This document shows, one piece after another, positions 19,136 through 28,004 of a DNA stretch of 64,000 nt (the stretch's first letter is position 1; the number at the start of each line of letters is the position of its first letter). The notes below the pieces were generated by a model. That model saw only the letters and a list, made by a program, of their open reading frames with translations, searched no databases and was not told where the DNA came from. Both the position numbers and the translations under genes were made by a program. This DNA is from Bryobacterales bacterium (GTDB taxonomy: Bacteria > Acidobacteriota > Terriglobia > Bryobacterales > Bryobacteraceae): the NCBI GenBank assembly GCA_963820405.1, contig CAWFZZ010000013.1:10510-74509 (forward strand). The letters are read 5' to 3'.

Positions 19136-20231
19136 GCTCGGTCCAAGGAAGGCCCTGCGATTCCGCCACACCGGGATAGGTGATGTGCCCGGCATAGGTA
19201 TTCACGCCCGCGCGAATAGCCGGATTCTCCTGGCAAGCCTGCTGCAGGCCCTTGGCGGCCAACTCGGCGAGGTAGGGAAACGTCGCGTTGGTGAGCGCGT
19301 AAGTGGAGGTGTGGGGGACGGCCGCCGGCATGTTCGAAACGCAGTAATGCAGCACCCCATCCACGAAATAGATGGGATCGGTATGGGTGGTGGCGTGCGA
19401 GGTTTCGAAACAGCCGCCTTGATCGATGGCGACGTCCACCATCACGGCGCCCGGCTTCATGGTCTTCAACATTTCGCGCCGCACAAGTTTCGGCGCCGAC
19501 GCGCCCGGAATCAGTACAGCGCCCACCACCAGATCGGCGTGGCGGACCGCATCGCGCACGTTGAACACGTTCGATGCGAGCGTCACCACCTGGCTGCTGT
19601 AGACGTCGTCCAGGGCGCGCAGGCGATCGAGACTACGATCGATGATGGTGACGGCGGCGCCCAGGCCGACGGCCATTTTCGCGGAATTGTGGCCCACCAC
19701 ACCGCCGCCCAAGATGACGACATTGGCGGGCGCGACGCCGGGCACGCCGCCGAGCAAAATCCCACGGCCTCCGTTAGGCCGCTCCAGATACACCGCGCCC
19801 ACCTGCACGGCCATGCGTCCAGCAACCTCGCTCATGGGCGTGAGCAAAGGCAGCGAGCCATCGGCTTCGCGAATGGTTTCGTACGCTACCGAGCTGACTT
19901 TGGATTCCACCAGCTGGTGCGTCAGCTCGGGGAGCGGCGCGAGATGGAGATAGGTGAACAGGATCAAGCCAGGACGGAAGTGCGCGTATTCGGAAGGCTG
20001 CGGCTCCTTGACCTTGATGACGAGTTCGGCCTTATTCCAAACGTCGCGAGCGGTGGGCATGATTTCCGCGCCCGCTTCGACGTATTCGCTATCCGGGATG
20101 GAGCTGCCGGTACCGGCCTGGGTCTCGACGAGCACGCGATGGCCGGCTTCGCGCAACGCGGTTACGCCGCTCGGAACCAACCCGACGCGCGTTTCGTGAT
20201 CTTTAATTTCCTTGGCGACGCCGACGATCAT
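19119..20231 (-). CDS. ald: alanine dehydrogenase
   Basis: ORF 19119..20411 trimmed to [18 protein letters not shown] (ATG 20229-20231). NAD site [10 protein letters not shown]. Full-length similarity to Ald. Confidence 0.9.
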   Translation of the reverse strand: MIVGVAKEIKDHETRVGLVPSGVTALREAGHRVLVETQAGTGSSIPDSEYVEAGAEIMPTARDVWNKAELVIKVKEPQPSEYAHFRPGLILFTYLHLAPLPELTHQLVESKVSSVAYETIREADGSLPLLTPMSEVAGRMAVQVGAVYLERPNGGRGILLGGVPGVAPANVVILGGGVVGHNSAKMAVGLGAAVTIIDRSLDRLRALDDVYSSQVVTLASNVFNVRDAVRHADLVVGAVLIPGASAPKLVRREMLKTMKPGAVMVDVAIDQGGCFETSHATTHTDPIYFVDGVLHYCVSNMPAAVPHTSTYALTNATFPYLAELAAKGLQQACQENPAIRAGVNTYAGHITYPGVAESQGLPWTELRAVL

Positions 20232-20728
20232 TGAGGATTGGAAGGGGGCGGGGGAGGGGTGACGGAAGGCGTTGCGGCATCCGATTTCGCGGTGAGGCGT
20301 TTGGGACCCAGCCCCAAGGCGATGAGAGAAAGCGAATTGATTTTGCCGTCGGGCATAAGATTCTGGTCGGCTTGAAAGCGCTTGAGCGCGTCGGCGGATT
20401 CGGGACCCCACTGACCATTTGGTTCGCTCTGGAGATAACCCTTGCTTGCGAGCGCCTGTTGGATTTCCTTGTAGCGATCCGGCGTGGGGGCTTGTTGGTA
20501 GGACCTGGCGGGCACGCGAGCGATTTTTCCCTTACGGCGGGCGGCGACAGTTTTCGATCCCTTAACGGGACTCGATTTTGCGCCCGCTATGGCGGGCTTG
20601 CGCGCGTGGGTAACGGAGACGGTTGTTGTCGCCGGTTTGCGGCGTTTATGTGGTTTGGCCGGAGTTGCGGCCAGCGAAGAACACGCGATCGCGAAAATCG
20701 CCAGGGCTGGAACGATCGATTTGAGCAC
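20228..20728 (-). CDS. peptidoglycan-binding (PG_binding_1) domain protein, secreted
   Basis: C-terminal [39 protein letters not shown]. Signal peptide. 4-nt overlap with ald. Confidence 0.65.
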   Translation of the reverse strand: MLKSIVPALAIFAIACSSLAATPAKPHKRRKPATTTVSVTHARKPAIAGAKSSPVKGSKTVAARRKGKIARVPARSYQQAPTPDRYKEIQQALASKGYLQSEPNGQWGPESADALKRFQADQNLMPDGKINSLSLIALGLGPKRLTAKSDAATPSVTPPPPPSNPQ

Positions 20729-20736
20729 TTAACTAC

Positions 20737-20787
20737 ATTGTAGAACGGCCAAGGGATTGTAGAACGGCCAAGGGATTGTAGAACGGC
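20737..20787 (+). repeat. 19-bp tandem direct repeat, 2.7 copies
   Basis: attgtagaacggccaaggg x2 plus attgtagaacggc, 9 nt upstream of the minus-strand gene starting at 20728. Confidence 0.9.
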
Positions 20788-20810
20788 GCTGAAGACCGGC
20801 GGGCTGTTTA

Positions 20811-21248
20811 TCAGTTTGAAGTTCTTGGAAAGCCGATTCTCTTCATCCCGACCACGTAGCTCCCACAATTGTCTGGATAGGGTAATGCAAGCATGATAAG
20901 CAGCCCCCGCTTGCATTGCTTTGCAGGATTGGCCACCACGATTGGAGACCTGAATTGCCGGAAACCGTCTAAGTGCGCGCTAAGTTCGTAGCTACCGGGC
21001 TTCATCTCATCAAAGATAAAGTTGCCATGACTGTCGGTTTCCTTTGTGGCGACGTCTGTTCCGCCCTTAGTCACCTTCACTGTGACGCCCGAAACAGGCC
21101 CACCAACCGGATCGATGAGTTGGCCGCATACGCACCGAACTGGCTTAAGAGGACGCTCTTTTTCGCAAACCACTTCGGCCCTCGAATCGGTCTGGATAAG
21201 AATAAGCCCAACTAATATCGCCGCAAGCAGGTGCCGCTTGTTTTTCAT
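20811..21248 (-). CDS. carboxypeptidase-regulatory-like (CarboxypepD_reg) domain protein, secreted
   Basis: VSGVTVKVTKGGTDVATKETDSHGNFIFDEMKPGSYELSAHLDGF. Start set at MKNKRHLLAAILVGLILI. Confidence 0.6.
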   Translation of the reverse strand: MKNKRHLLAAILVGLILIQTDSRAEVVCEKERPLKPVRCVCGQLIDPVGGPVSGVTVKVTKGGTDVATKETDSHGNFIFDEMKPGSYELSAHLDGFRQFRSPIVVANPAKQCKRGLLIMLALPYPDNCGSYVVGMKRIGFPRTSN

Positions 21249-21423
21249 CCCGGCCAAGAGTTTAGCATGCACGTTGGTTTGTGCCATAATCCAGGCAATC
21301 CAGGCAATTGCCGCCGGCGTTGACAACCGCCTTTGGGAGATCAAAGACGTCGTGGATATGACCGCAGCTTATGAAAAGTCAAACTGATACACTACCGACC
21401 GGCGGCTGACGGCCTTAGAGTTT

Positions 21424-21912
21424 TTAACGCTTGCGCTGCTCTTCGAGAGTACGGCGCAGGATGGGAAGCACGGCGCGATCCTTCTCGCCGCCCAGCTCTT
21501 CCTTGATCGCGATGAGCGTTTCCAGATCGAGCATGCGGATGCGAAGTTCTTCGCTAATGAGTAGCTCGACGGAGTGAGGGATCAAGTCTTGATAGCCAAG
21601 ACCCTGGCCGATTGTCCCTAAAAGATCCAGAGGGCCATAGCGTGTTATCAGATTCAAGTGGCCCGTGGAGGAGAGATGAGACGCGTTGGGCTTGAGACGC
21701 CTCTCGGGTTGAATACGGAAGACTGCGTCCAGCGCGTCCAGCACGGGCAGCAGACGGTGGATGTTGCCCGGATCCCGAGAGTGGACGACGTCGACGTCGA
21801 AAGTGTTAATTGGAGCGCCGCTTAGCACCGCCGCCAATCCACCGACCAAGATAAAATCGACGCCACCTTCGCTGAGGGCGCCGAGCGTTGCGGTGTATCT
21901 AAGCTCGGGCAT
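21424..21912 (-). CDS. nucleotidyltransferase-fold protein (possible TA-system component)
   Basis: 162 aa with GGLAAVLSG...DVDVV, resembling minimal NTase proteins. A short overlapping upstream reading frame (..LIRWMLSLTPAERLNLAEQSANEILAIRELNARA) could be a partner, but I could not fix its start. Confidence 0.4.
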   Translation of the reverse strand: MPELRYTATLGALSEGGVDFILVGGLAAVLSGAPINTFDVDVVHSRDPGNIHRLLPVLDALDAVFRIQPERRLKPNASHLSSTGHLNLITRYGPLDLLGTIGQGLGYQDLIPHSVELLISEELRIRMLDLETLIAIKEELGGEKDRAVLPILRRTLEEQRKR

Positions 21913-22052
21913 TCAGTTCGCGAATCGCAAGAATCTCGTTCGCGCTTTGTTCGGCGAGGTTCAAGCGTTCGGCGGGTGTGAGGGAGAGCATCCAGCGAAT
22001 TAGCGTCAGATCGACGCCATCCGGGCTGTAGTCGGTGAGGCCGGTCTGGTGG

Positions 22053-22463
22053 TTACTTGTGGATTGGCTTGGCGTTGAACTCTGCATCGGTGACTTCGGC
22101 GAGCCAGGTGATGCCGCCGCGGCTGATGTTAAATTGCGTGCCGCCTTCTTTGGGCGATGCGCCGTGCCAGTGGACCACGCCGGGCGGACAGTAGTGGGTT
22201 TCACCGGCGCGTAATTCGACTACCGGTCCGCCCTTTTCCTGGTACAGGCCGACGCCATCCTCCACCAAAATGATTTGGCCGCCTTCGTGGCTGTGCCACT
22301 TGGTGCGCGCGCCGGGCGAAAAGTAAAAGTGGGCGGGCTTGCCGTCGGAGTTTTCCTTGATGGTCTTGACTTCTCCGCCGGTGAAATTGGGATTCGGCTT
22401 GTCCTGCGAATACGCGAGCACGCAGGCAGAGAGCAAGATGGTGAGCTTTAGATTTCGTGTCAT
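22053..22463 (-). CDS. cupin domain protein, exported
   Basis: Start at MTRNLKLTILLSACVLAYS. Cupin motifs WHSHEGGQIILVEDG and PPGVVHWHGA. Confidence 0.7.
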   Translation of the reverse strand: MTRNLKLTILLSACVLAYSQDKPNPNFTGGEVKTIKENSDGKPAHFYFSPGARTKWHSHEGGQIILVEDGVGLYQEKGGPVVELRAGETHYCPPGVVHWHGASPKEGGTQFNISRGGITWLAEVTDAEFNAKPIHK

Positions 22464-22503
22464 GCTATCAGCTTCAGCGGAAAGCATAGCATATCAGCCG
22501 TGC

Positions 22504-22609
22504 GTTCACACGAGTATCGGCCAGGGGCATGCACTAGACCAATACTTGTCAGCGGACAAGCAGAGGCATGGAGAAAGCCTGTAGCCGGCGGCACGCAGGA
22601 GTGCGTGCG
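22504..22609 (+). repeat. REP-A repeat, copy 5, split/degenerate
   Basis: Left part gttcacacgagtat (22504-22517) and right hairpin ggcacgcaggagtgcgtgcg (22590-22609) are separated by about 70 nt of unrelated sequence. Confidence 0.6.
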
Positions 22610-22612
22610 TTA

Positions 22613-23707
22613 CTACGCCATTACTTCGGTGAACACTTTGCGGAACTTCGCCATCTCGGCGTCGGTGCCGATGGAGACGCGAATCATGGTGGTGAGTGGC
22701 GGGAAACGCCGGCCAATGGCAACGCCCTTTTCAAGCATCGCCGACTGCACGTCGCCGGCGTCACGTCCAGTCTCAATCATGACGAAGTTGGCCTGTGGCG
22801 GGATGAATTTAATATTCTTCTGAGTCATCCAGGAACACAGCTCTTCGCGAGTATGAACGATCTTAGCCTTGCGTTCCTCCAGCATCTTGGGGCCGAGATC
22901 GAACGCGGCCAGTACGGCGCGCACGCTCACTATGCTGATCACATTGTTGCGGTACGGCTCCATCTTCTTGATAAGTTCGGCGGGAGCCGCGACGTAGCCG
23001 ACGCGCAAACCAGCCATTCCATAGATCTTCGAAAACGTCCGCGCGACGATGACGTTCTTGCCCTCTTTCACGTAGCGGAATGAGGAGGAGACTTCGGGAG
23101 ACGTGGCGTAGTGAATGTAAGCTTCGTCCACCAGGACATTGGTGTTCTTCGGAAGATTCGCCACCAGCCACGACAGGTCGTCACTGGTGGTGATGGTGGA
23201 CGTGGGATTATTCGGGTTAACGATGTAAATGAGGCCTCCGCCAGCCTTCTGGGCTTCGGCGGCCAGACGGTGCACATCGGGCGCCATCTTCGAATTGAGG
23301 GGCGTCTCAATGACAGGAAAACCTTTGTAGCGCGTAAGCTCAGGAGCCGCCTCATAGGTGGGCATCGGAATGATGAGCGGGAGGGTGGGGGAGGTAAACG
23401 CTTCCACCGCCGCGTGCAGCGGTTCACTCGATCCCGCGCCTACCAGGATCTGGTCGGCGGTGAGGCCTTCATGGGCGGCGAGCTTGGCATAGAAGGCGGG
23501 AAATTCCTGATAGTGATATCGGTTGGAACTCCCGATGACCTTCGCCATGGCTTCGATGGAAGCTTGCGGCGGGCCTTCGGGAAATTCATTCCCGTTGATC
23601 CAAACCGTGTCGGCGGGTGCGACGCCGGAAAGCTTGGCGCGCTGCGCGAACGCGGCCTCTGTGAGGCCGGCCGCTATCATTCCTGCAAAAGCTCGTCGAG
23701 AAAACAT
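22613..23707 (-). CDS. HisC-like class I/II PLP aminotransferase with twin-arginine signal
   Basis: VDEAYIHY and RTFSKIYGMAGLRVGY (PLP lysine). The N-terminus MFSRRAFAGMIAAGLTEAAFA matches the Tat motif S-R-R-x-F. Confidence 0.75.
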   Translation of the reverse strand: MFSRRAFAGMIAAGLTEAAFAQRAKLSGVAPADTVWINGNEFPEGPPQASIEAMAKVIGSSNRYHYQEFPAFYAKLAAHEGLTADQILVGAGSSEPLHAAVEAFTSPTLPLIIPMPTYEAAPELTRYKGFPVIETPLNSKMAPDVHRLAAEAQKAGGGLIYIVNPNNPTSTITTSDDLSWLVANLPKNTNVLVDEAYIHYATSPEVSSSFRYVKEGKNVIVARTFSKIYGMAGLRVGYVAAPAELIKKMEPYRNNVISIVSVRAVLAAFDLGPKMLEERKAKIVHTREELCSWMTQKNIKFIPPQANFVMIETGRDAGDVQSAMLEKGVAIGRRFPPLTTMIRVSIGTDAEMAKFRKVFTEVMA

Positions 23708-23857
23708 AGATCGTGCTCCTAACGCCTGGATATGGGCGGAAAATTATGCAGAGCAACTTTGGCTGCCAGAGTCGACGGGGGCTCTTTCAGGCCAGAATAG
23801 CACACCTGCCGGCAGTCTGGAGCGCGCGAATGGAAAGCGAGGAACTAAACTAGGAGC

Positions 23858-24763
23858 ATGACATCGGAACGCACTTTGTTCGTAACCGGGGCCTCGGGAC
23901 ACTTGGGCCGGAGAGTTGTGGAGATCCTTTTAAAACAGGGGCTGGGGAAAATTGTGGCGGGGACGCGCAAGCCCGAAAAATTGGCTGACTTGGCCGCGCG
24001 CGGTGTGGTTGTGCGCCAGGCGGATTTCGACGATCCGAAGGGACTGGAAGCGGCATTGGCGGGAGTGGACCGGCTGCTGATCATTAGCACCGACGCGATC
24101 GATCGGCCGGGGCGGAGGCTGAAGCAGCATCAGGCGGCGGTGGCGGCGGCCGTGAGCGCGGGCGTGAAGCACGCGGTATATACATCCATGCCGAATCCGG
24201 AAACTTCGCCGGTGGTGTTTGCGCCGGATCATTTAGGGACCGAGGAAGCGCTGAAAGCGAGCGGGATGGGTTGGACGATTCTGCGAGATTGCTGGTGGAT
24301 CGACTACCAGATTCCGGGCCTCGCGGCGGCGGTAGCGTCGGGCAAGCTGATCGCCGCAACGGGGCAGGGAGGCGCACCGTTTGTGACGCGCGAGGATTGC
24401 GCGTACACCGCCGCGGCGGCATTGGCATCAGCGGACACGAGCAATAAGACGTGGAACATCACTGGGCCGGATTTGGCCACTTATGGCGAGTTGGCTAAAA
24501 TGGCGAGCGAGTTGTCTGGCAGGCCGGTGGAATTTGTCGCGGTGACGCCTGAAGAGCGCACTGCGCAATTCATCGCGGCCGGAACGCCGGAGCCGATTGC
24601 CAAGCTGCTGGTGTCGAGCCAGGTGGCGATCTCGCAGGGGAAAATGGGGACGCCGACGACGGCGGTGAAGGAACTGACTGGTCGTGATCCGATGAGCGTT
24701 CGTGAGTTTCTGGCGGCGCATCGTGCGGCGCTGCTGCCTGCCACCCAGACGGCAGCGCGATAA
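23858..24763 (+). CDS. NmrA-like / atypical SDR NAD(P)H-binding protein
   Basis: N-terminal VTGASGHLGRRVVEILL Rossmann motif; about 300 aa. Confidence 0.7.
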   Translation: MTSERTLFVTGASGHLGRRVVEILLKQGLGKIVAGTRKPEKLADLAARGVVVRQADFDDPKGLEAALAGVDRLLIISTDAIDRPGRRLKQHQAAVAAAVSAGVKHAVYTSMPNPETSPVVFAPDHLGTEEALKASGMGWTILRDCWWIDYQIPGLAAAVASGKLIAATGQGGAPFVTREDCAYTAAAALASADTSNKTWNITGPDLATYGELAKMASELSGRPVEFVAVTPEERTAQFIAAGTPEPIAKLLVSSQVAISQGKMGTPTTAVKELTGRDPMSVREFLAAHRAALLPATQTAAR

Positions 24764-24803
24764 GGTGCAATATTGCATGTGATATCATCAATTAGCGGGC
24801 CGG

Positions 24804-25241
24804 ATGCGGTTGGTTCTTGACACCGATGTCTTGGTGGCTGCTCTGCGTAGTGATAAAGGCGCATCGCGGCAACTGTTGCTGGCAGCGCTGGAGCTTCGAG
24901 TAGTGATGCTAATTTCGGTTCCGTTGATGCTCGAGTATGAGTCCGTGCTGACACGGCCTGAACAGCTGCAGGTCATTGGTCTTACGACTGGGGAAGTAAA
25001 CAGTATTTTGGACGCGATCGCCTTCGTCGCCGAACCAGTGACATTCCGATTCTTGTGGAGGCCGCAACTGGAGGATCCTTCGGACGAGATGGTGTTGGCA
25101 ACAGCCGTGAACGGTAATGCCGACTACCTGGCGACGTTCAATTTGCGGCATCTGCTGGAACCCTCCGCTCTGTTCGGGATTAGGGCGGCTGTGCCGGGAC
25201 AAATCTGGCGAACAATCAGGAGCAACGATGAGAAAGAGTAA
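24804..25241 (+). CDS. PIN-domain toxin
   Basis: MRLVLDTDVLVAAL N-terminus with acidic residues downstream. Overlaps the following small gene. Confidence 0.7.
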   Translation: MRLVLDTDVLVAALRSDKGASRQLLLAALELRVVMLISVPLMLEYESVLTRPEQLQVIGLTTGEVNSILDAIAFVAEPVTFRFLWRPQLEDPSDEMVLATAVNGNADYLATFNLRHLLEPSALFGIRAAVPGQIWRTIRSNDEKE

Positions 25242-25476
25242 TGTGGCGCTTCGTCTGCAGCCTTCGTTGTACGAGGAGGCGAAGCGGGTGGCTGAAGCCG
25301 AAGGCGTGGCGTTGAATCAATTGATCAACGTTGCGGTGGCGGAGAAACTTTCCGCGCTCCGAACCGACGATTATTTTCGCGAGCGAGCAGCGCGTGGCAA
25401 CGTGGCCAAAGCGAAGCGGATTCTAAAGCGCGCAGGGACGGGAAAGTCGCCTGTCCGCGGTGACGAAATCGAGTGA
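25228..25476 (+). CDS. antitoxin-like DNA-binding protein (RHH / HicB-C-terminal-like)
   Basis: Start at ATG 25228 (MRKSNVALRLQPSLYEEAKRVAEAEGVALNQLINVAVAEKL). 14-nt overlap with the PIN gene. Confidence 0.55.
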   Translation: MRKSNVALRLQPSLYEEAKRVAEAEGVALNQLINVAVAEKLSALRTDDYFRERAARGNVAKAKRILKRAGTGKSPVRGDEIE

Positions 25477-26240
25477 GCGGATATCGGAAAGTCATTTATA
25501 GCGTCGAACGCGGCATCGCAAGGATTGCCTTGAACCGTCCGGAACGGCGCAACGCGCTCGATCAGGAGCTGCTGGCTGAACTTCGGGACGCGTTGCGGGT
25601 GGGGGCGGCCGATCAGAGCGTGCGGGTGGTGGTGGTGACAGGCGCGGGCAAAGACTTCTGCTCGGGCATGGATCTGCGCGCGTTCGCGGAAGATGGAGCC
25701 GGCGACCTCGCAAAATTTCAGGCTGAGGCGCGCAACATGGCCGGGTTGCTGCTCGACATGCGGCGTCATCCCAGGCCGATTGTGGCGGCGGTCGAGGGAC
25801 GGGCGCTGGGCGGCGGGTGCGGGATTGCGACGGCGGCGGATATGGTTCTGGCGACCGATTCGGCGCAATTCGGTTATCCCGAGATCGCCATCGGATTTGT
25901 GCCGGCGATCGTGATGGCGATTTTGCGGCGCTCAGTTTCCGAAAAACGCGCGTTTGAGATGATCACATCGGGCGAGGCGATTTCCGCGCAGACAGCGCTT
26001 GAATACGGAATGATCAATCGCGTTTTTGGAGCGGAGGTATTCGGAACAGAAGTGGAGGAGTTCGTCGCGCGGCTGGCTACCAAGTCTTCGTCGGGACTGA
26101 TGCTGGCGAAGGAATTGTTTTATCGGACAGACGCGATGCAGTTTGAAGCCGCCATCGAAGCGGGCGCGGATGTGAACGCACTGGCGCGCACTACGGAAGA
26201 CTTCAAGCGCGGGGTGGAAAAGTTTCTGAAGAAAAGCTAG
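25473..26240 (+). CDS. enoyl-CoA hydratase/isomerase (crotonase) family
   Basis: VVVTGAGKDFCSGMDL and IAAVEGRALGGGCG crotonase motifs. GTGA overlap with the upstream gene. Confidence 0.85.
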   Translation: MSGYRKVIYSVERGIARIALNRPERRNALDQELLAELRDALRVGAADQSVRVVVVTGAGKDFCSGMDLRAFAEDGAGDLAKFQAEARNMAGLLLDMRRHPRPIVAAVEGRALGGGCGIATAADMVLATDSAQFGYPEIAIGFVPAIVMAILRRSVSEKRAFEMITSGEAISAQTALEYGMINRVFGAEVFGTEVEEFVARLATKSSSGLMLAKELFYRTDAMQFEAAIEAGADVNALARTTEDFKRGVEKFLKKS

Positions 26241-26241
26241 T

Positions 26242-26285
26242 GTTGGCACGAGTGCCAACACGGCACGCAGGAGTGCGTGCGCCAC
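26242..26285 (+). repeat. REP-A repeat, copy 6, with compensatory changes in hairpin 1
   Basis: gttggcacgagtgccaacacggcacgcaggagtgcgtgcgccac. TTCACA/TGTGAA is replaced by TTGGCA/TGCCAA, so pairing is kept. Confidence 0.85.
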
Positions 26286-26291
26286 ATTTGA

Positions 26292-26903
26292 TCAGGAAGA
26301 CCTGACCAGAAACACCGCGACCTCCGAAAGAAGATTCGGGAGCAGGGTGATTTGCCTTGCGCCCTGCAGGAAGATGCGCTTTTCGATGGTCCAGTGTTGC
26401 GACTGGACCAAACCCTCGAAGTCGTCGACGGTGAAGAAGTGGATATTGGGCGAATCGAACCAGTCGTGCGGAAACAACTTGGTTTTGGGGGCGCGGCCGG
26501 TGAACAGATGCGCCAGGCGTACGCTCCAGTGGCCGAAATTGGGGAACGCGACGATCGCGCGGCGCCCCACGCGCAGCATTTCGCGCAGCACTTTGAGCGG
26601 GGCGCGGGATTCCTGCAGGGTCTGGCTCAGGATCACATAATCGAAGGCCTGATCGGGAAGATCGGCGAGCGCATCCTCGATGTCGCTGTGAAAAACCGAG
26701 ACGCCGCGGGAAATGGCTTGCTGGACTTTGGAGCCTTCGATCTCCACGCCGCGCGCATCCACGCGCTTGTTTTCGGCGAGCCAGGCCAGCAACTCGCCCT
26801 CGCCGCAGCCGAGATCGAGCACGCGGGCTTTGGGCTCGATGATGGCGCTGATGATGGCGTAGTCGCTGCGTCCGAGCAACTTGGGGACGAATGCTTCGGA
26901 CAC
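26292..26903 (-). CDS. metW: methionine biosynthesis protein MetW
   Basis: 203 aa with RVLDLGCGEGELLAWL. Lies directly downstream of metX. Confidence 0.85.
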   Translation of the reverse strand: MSEAFVPKLLGRSDYAIISAIIEPKARVLDLGCGEGELLAWLAENKRVDARGVEIEGSKVQQAISRGVSVFHSDIEDALADLPDQAFDYVILSQTLQESRAPLKVLREMLRVGRRAIVAFPNFGHWSVRLAHLFTGRAPKTKLFPHDWFDSPNIHFFTVDDFEGLVQSQHWTIEKRIFLQGARQITLLPNLLSEVAVFLVRSS

Positions 26904-26908
26904 CTATG

Positions 26909-27991
26909 TCAAGAACGCTCCCGGAAAGTGCTTGCCAGGAAACCACGGACCAATTCGGTCTGTTCGGCGACGTGCACCAGGAAGGCGTCGTGGCCATAGG
27001 TGGACGGCAGATCGCAATAGGCGACGTCGCAGTTGCGCCCGCGCAACGCGCGCACGATGTCGAGCGATTGATAGCTCGGATACAGCCAATCGGACGAAAA
27101 GCTGATCACCAGGAATCGCGACTTCACGCCGTCGAAGGCGGCGCTGAGCGATGGACGTCCGGCGGTGAGGTCGAAGTAATCCATGGCCTTGGTGATATAG
27201 AGGTACGAATTCGCGTCGAAGCGATCGACGAACTGGCTGCCGCGGTAGCGCAGGTAGCTTTCCACTTCGAACTGATTCTGATCGCGCAGTCGGCGTCCGA
27301 ATTTTTCACGCATGGACGCATCGCTCATGTACGTGATGTGCCCCACCATGCGCGCGACGGCGAGGCCCCTGGCGGGCGGGCGCTTGCCATAGTAGTCGCC
27401 TTCGTTCCAGTCCAGGTCGGCCATGATGGCCTGGCGGCCCACTTCGTTGAAGGCGATCTGCTGCGGGCTGTGGCGCGCGGTTCCGGCGATGGGGATAGAG
27501 GCGGCGACCGCGTCGGGATACGCGACGGCCCATTGCAGCGCTTGCATGGCGCCCATGGAACCGCCCGAGACGGCGAGCAGGCGTTCAATGCCCAGATGCT
27601 CGACCAGCATCTTTTGCAGTCGGACCATATCGGGAATTGTGACGGGCGGGAACGACATCGCGTAGGGGCAGCCGGTTTCCGGATTAATGGAGCCAGGGCC
27701 GGAGGTGCCGCGGCAGCCCCCCAGAATGTTGGAACAAATCACGAAGTATTTGTCGGTATCGAATCCTTTGCCGGGACCGATCATGCTATCCCACCAGCCG
27801 GTGGCCCCGGTGAGTTTGTCGGCGCCCGCTGCGTGCGCATCGCCGGTGAAGGCGTGCAGAACCAGGATGGCGTTGTTCTTGCGCGCGTTCAATTCGCCGT
27901 AGGTTTCATAGGCCACATCCACCGGAGTGAGTGTCGAGCCGCAATCGAGCGCGATCGAATCAAATTGGATGTTTTGTGTTTCGGTGATCAT
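26909..27991 (-). CDS. metX: homoserine O-acetyltransferase
   Basis: [28 protein letters not shown] and [15 protein letters not shown] (nucleophile elbow). Confidence 0.9.
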   Translation of the reverse strand: MITETQNIQFDSIALDCGSTLTPVDVAYETYGELNARKNNAILVLHAFTGDAHAAGADKLTGATGWWDSMIGPGKGFDTDKYFVICSNILGGCRGTSGPGSINPETGCPYAMSFPPVTIPDMVRLQKMLVEHLGIERLLAVSGGSMGAMQALQWAVAYPDAVAASIPIAGTARHSPQQIAFNEVGRQAIMADLDWNEGDYYGKRPPARGLAVARMVGHITYMSDASMREKFGRRLRDQNQFEVESYLRYRGSQFVDRFDANSYLYITKAMDYFDLTAGRPSLSAAFDGVKSRFLVISFSSDWLYPSYQSLDIVRALRGRNCDVAYCDLPSTYGHDAFLVHVAEQTELVRGFLASTFRERS

Positions 27992-28004
27992 TCAGTAAAG
28001 CTGA

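Noticed and set aside
21899-22204. 101-aa ORF upstream of the NTase-fold gene as an antitoxin.
   Set aside because: Most of it overlaps the cupin gene (22053..22463). Only the last 30-48 codons could be real, and no standard start codon is available there. It is therefore not called as a feature.
27992-28004. SAM riboswitch or other leader upstream of metX.
   Set aside because: Only 13 nt separate metX from korB, which leaves no room for a riboswitch. I saw no S-box-like sequence.
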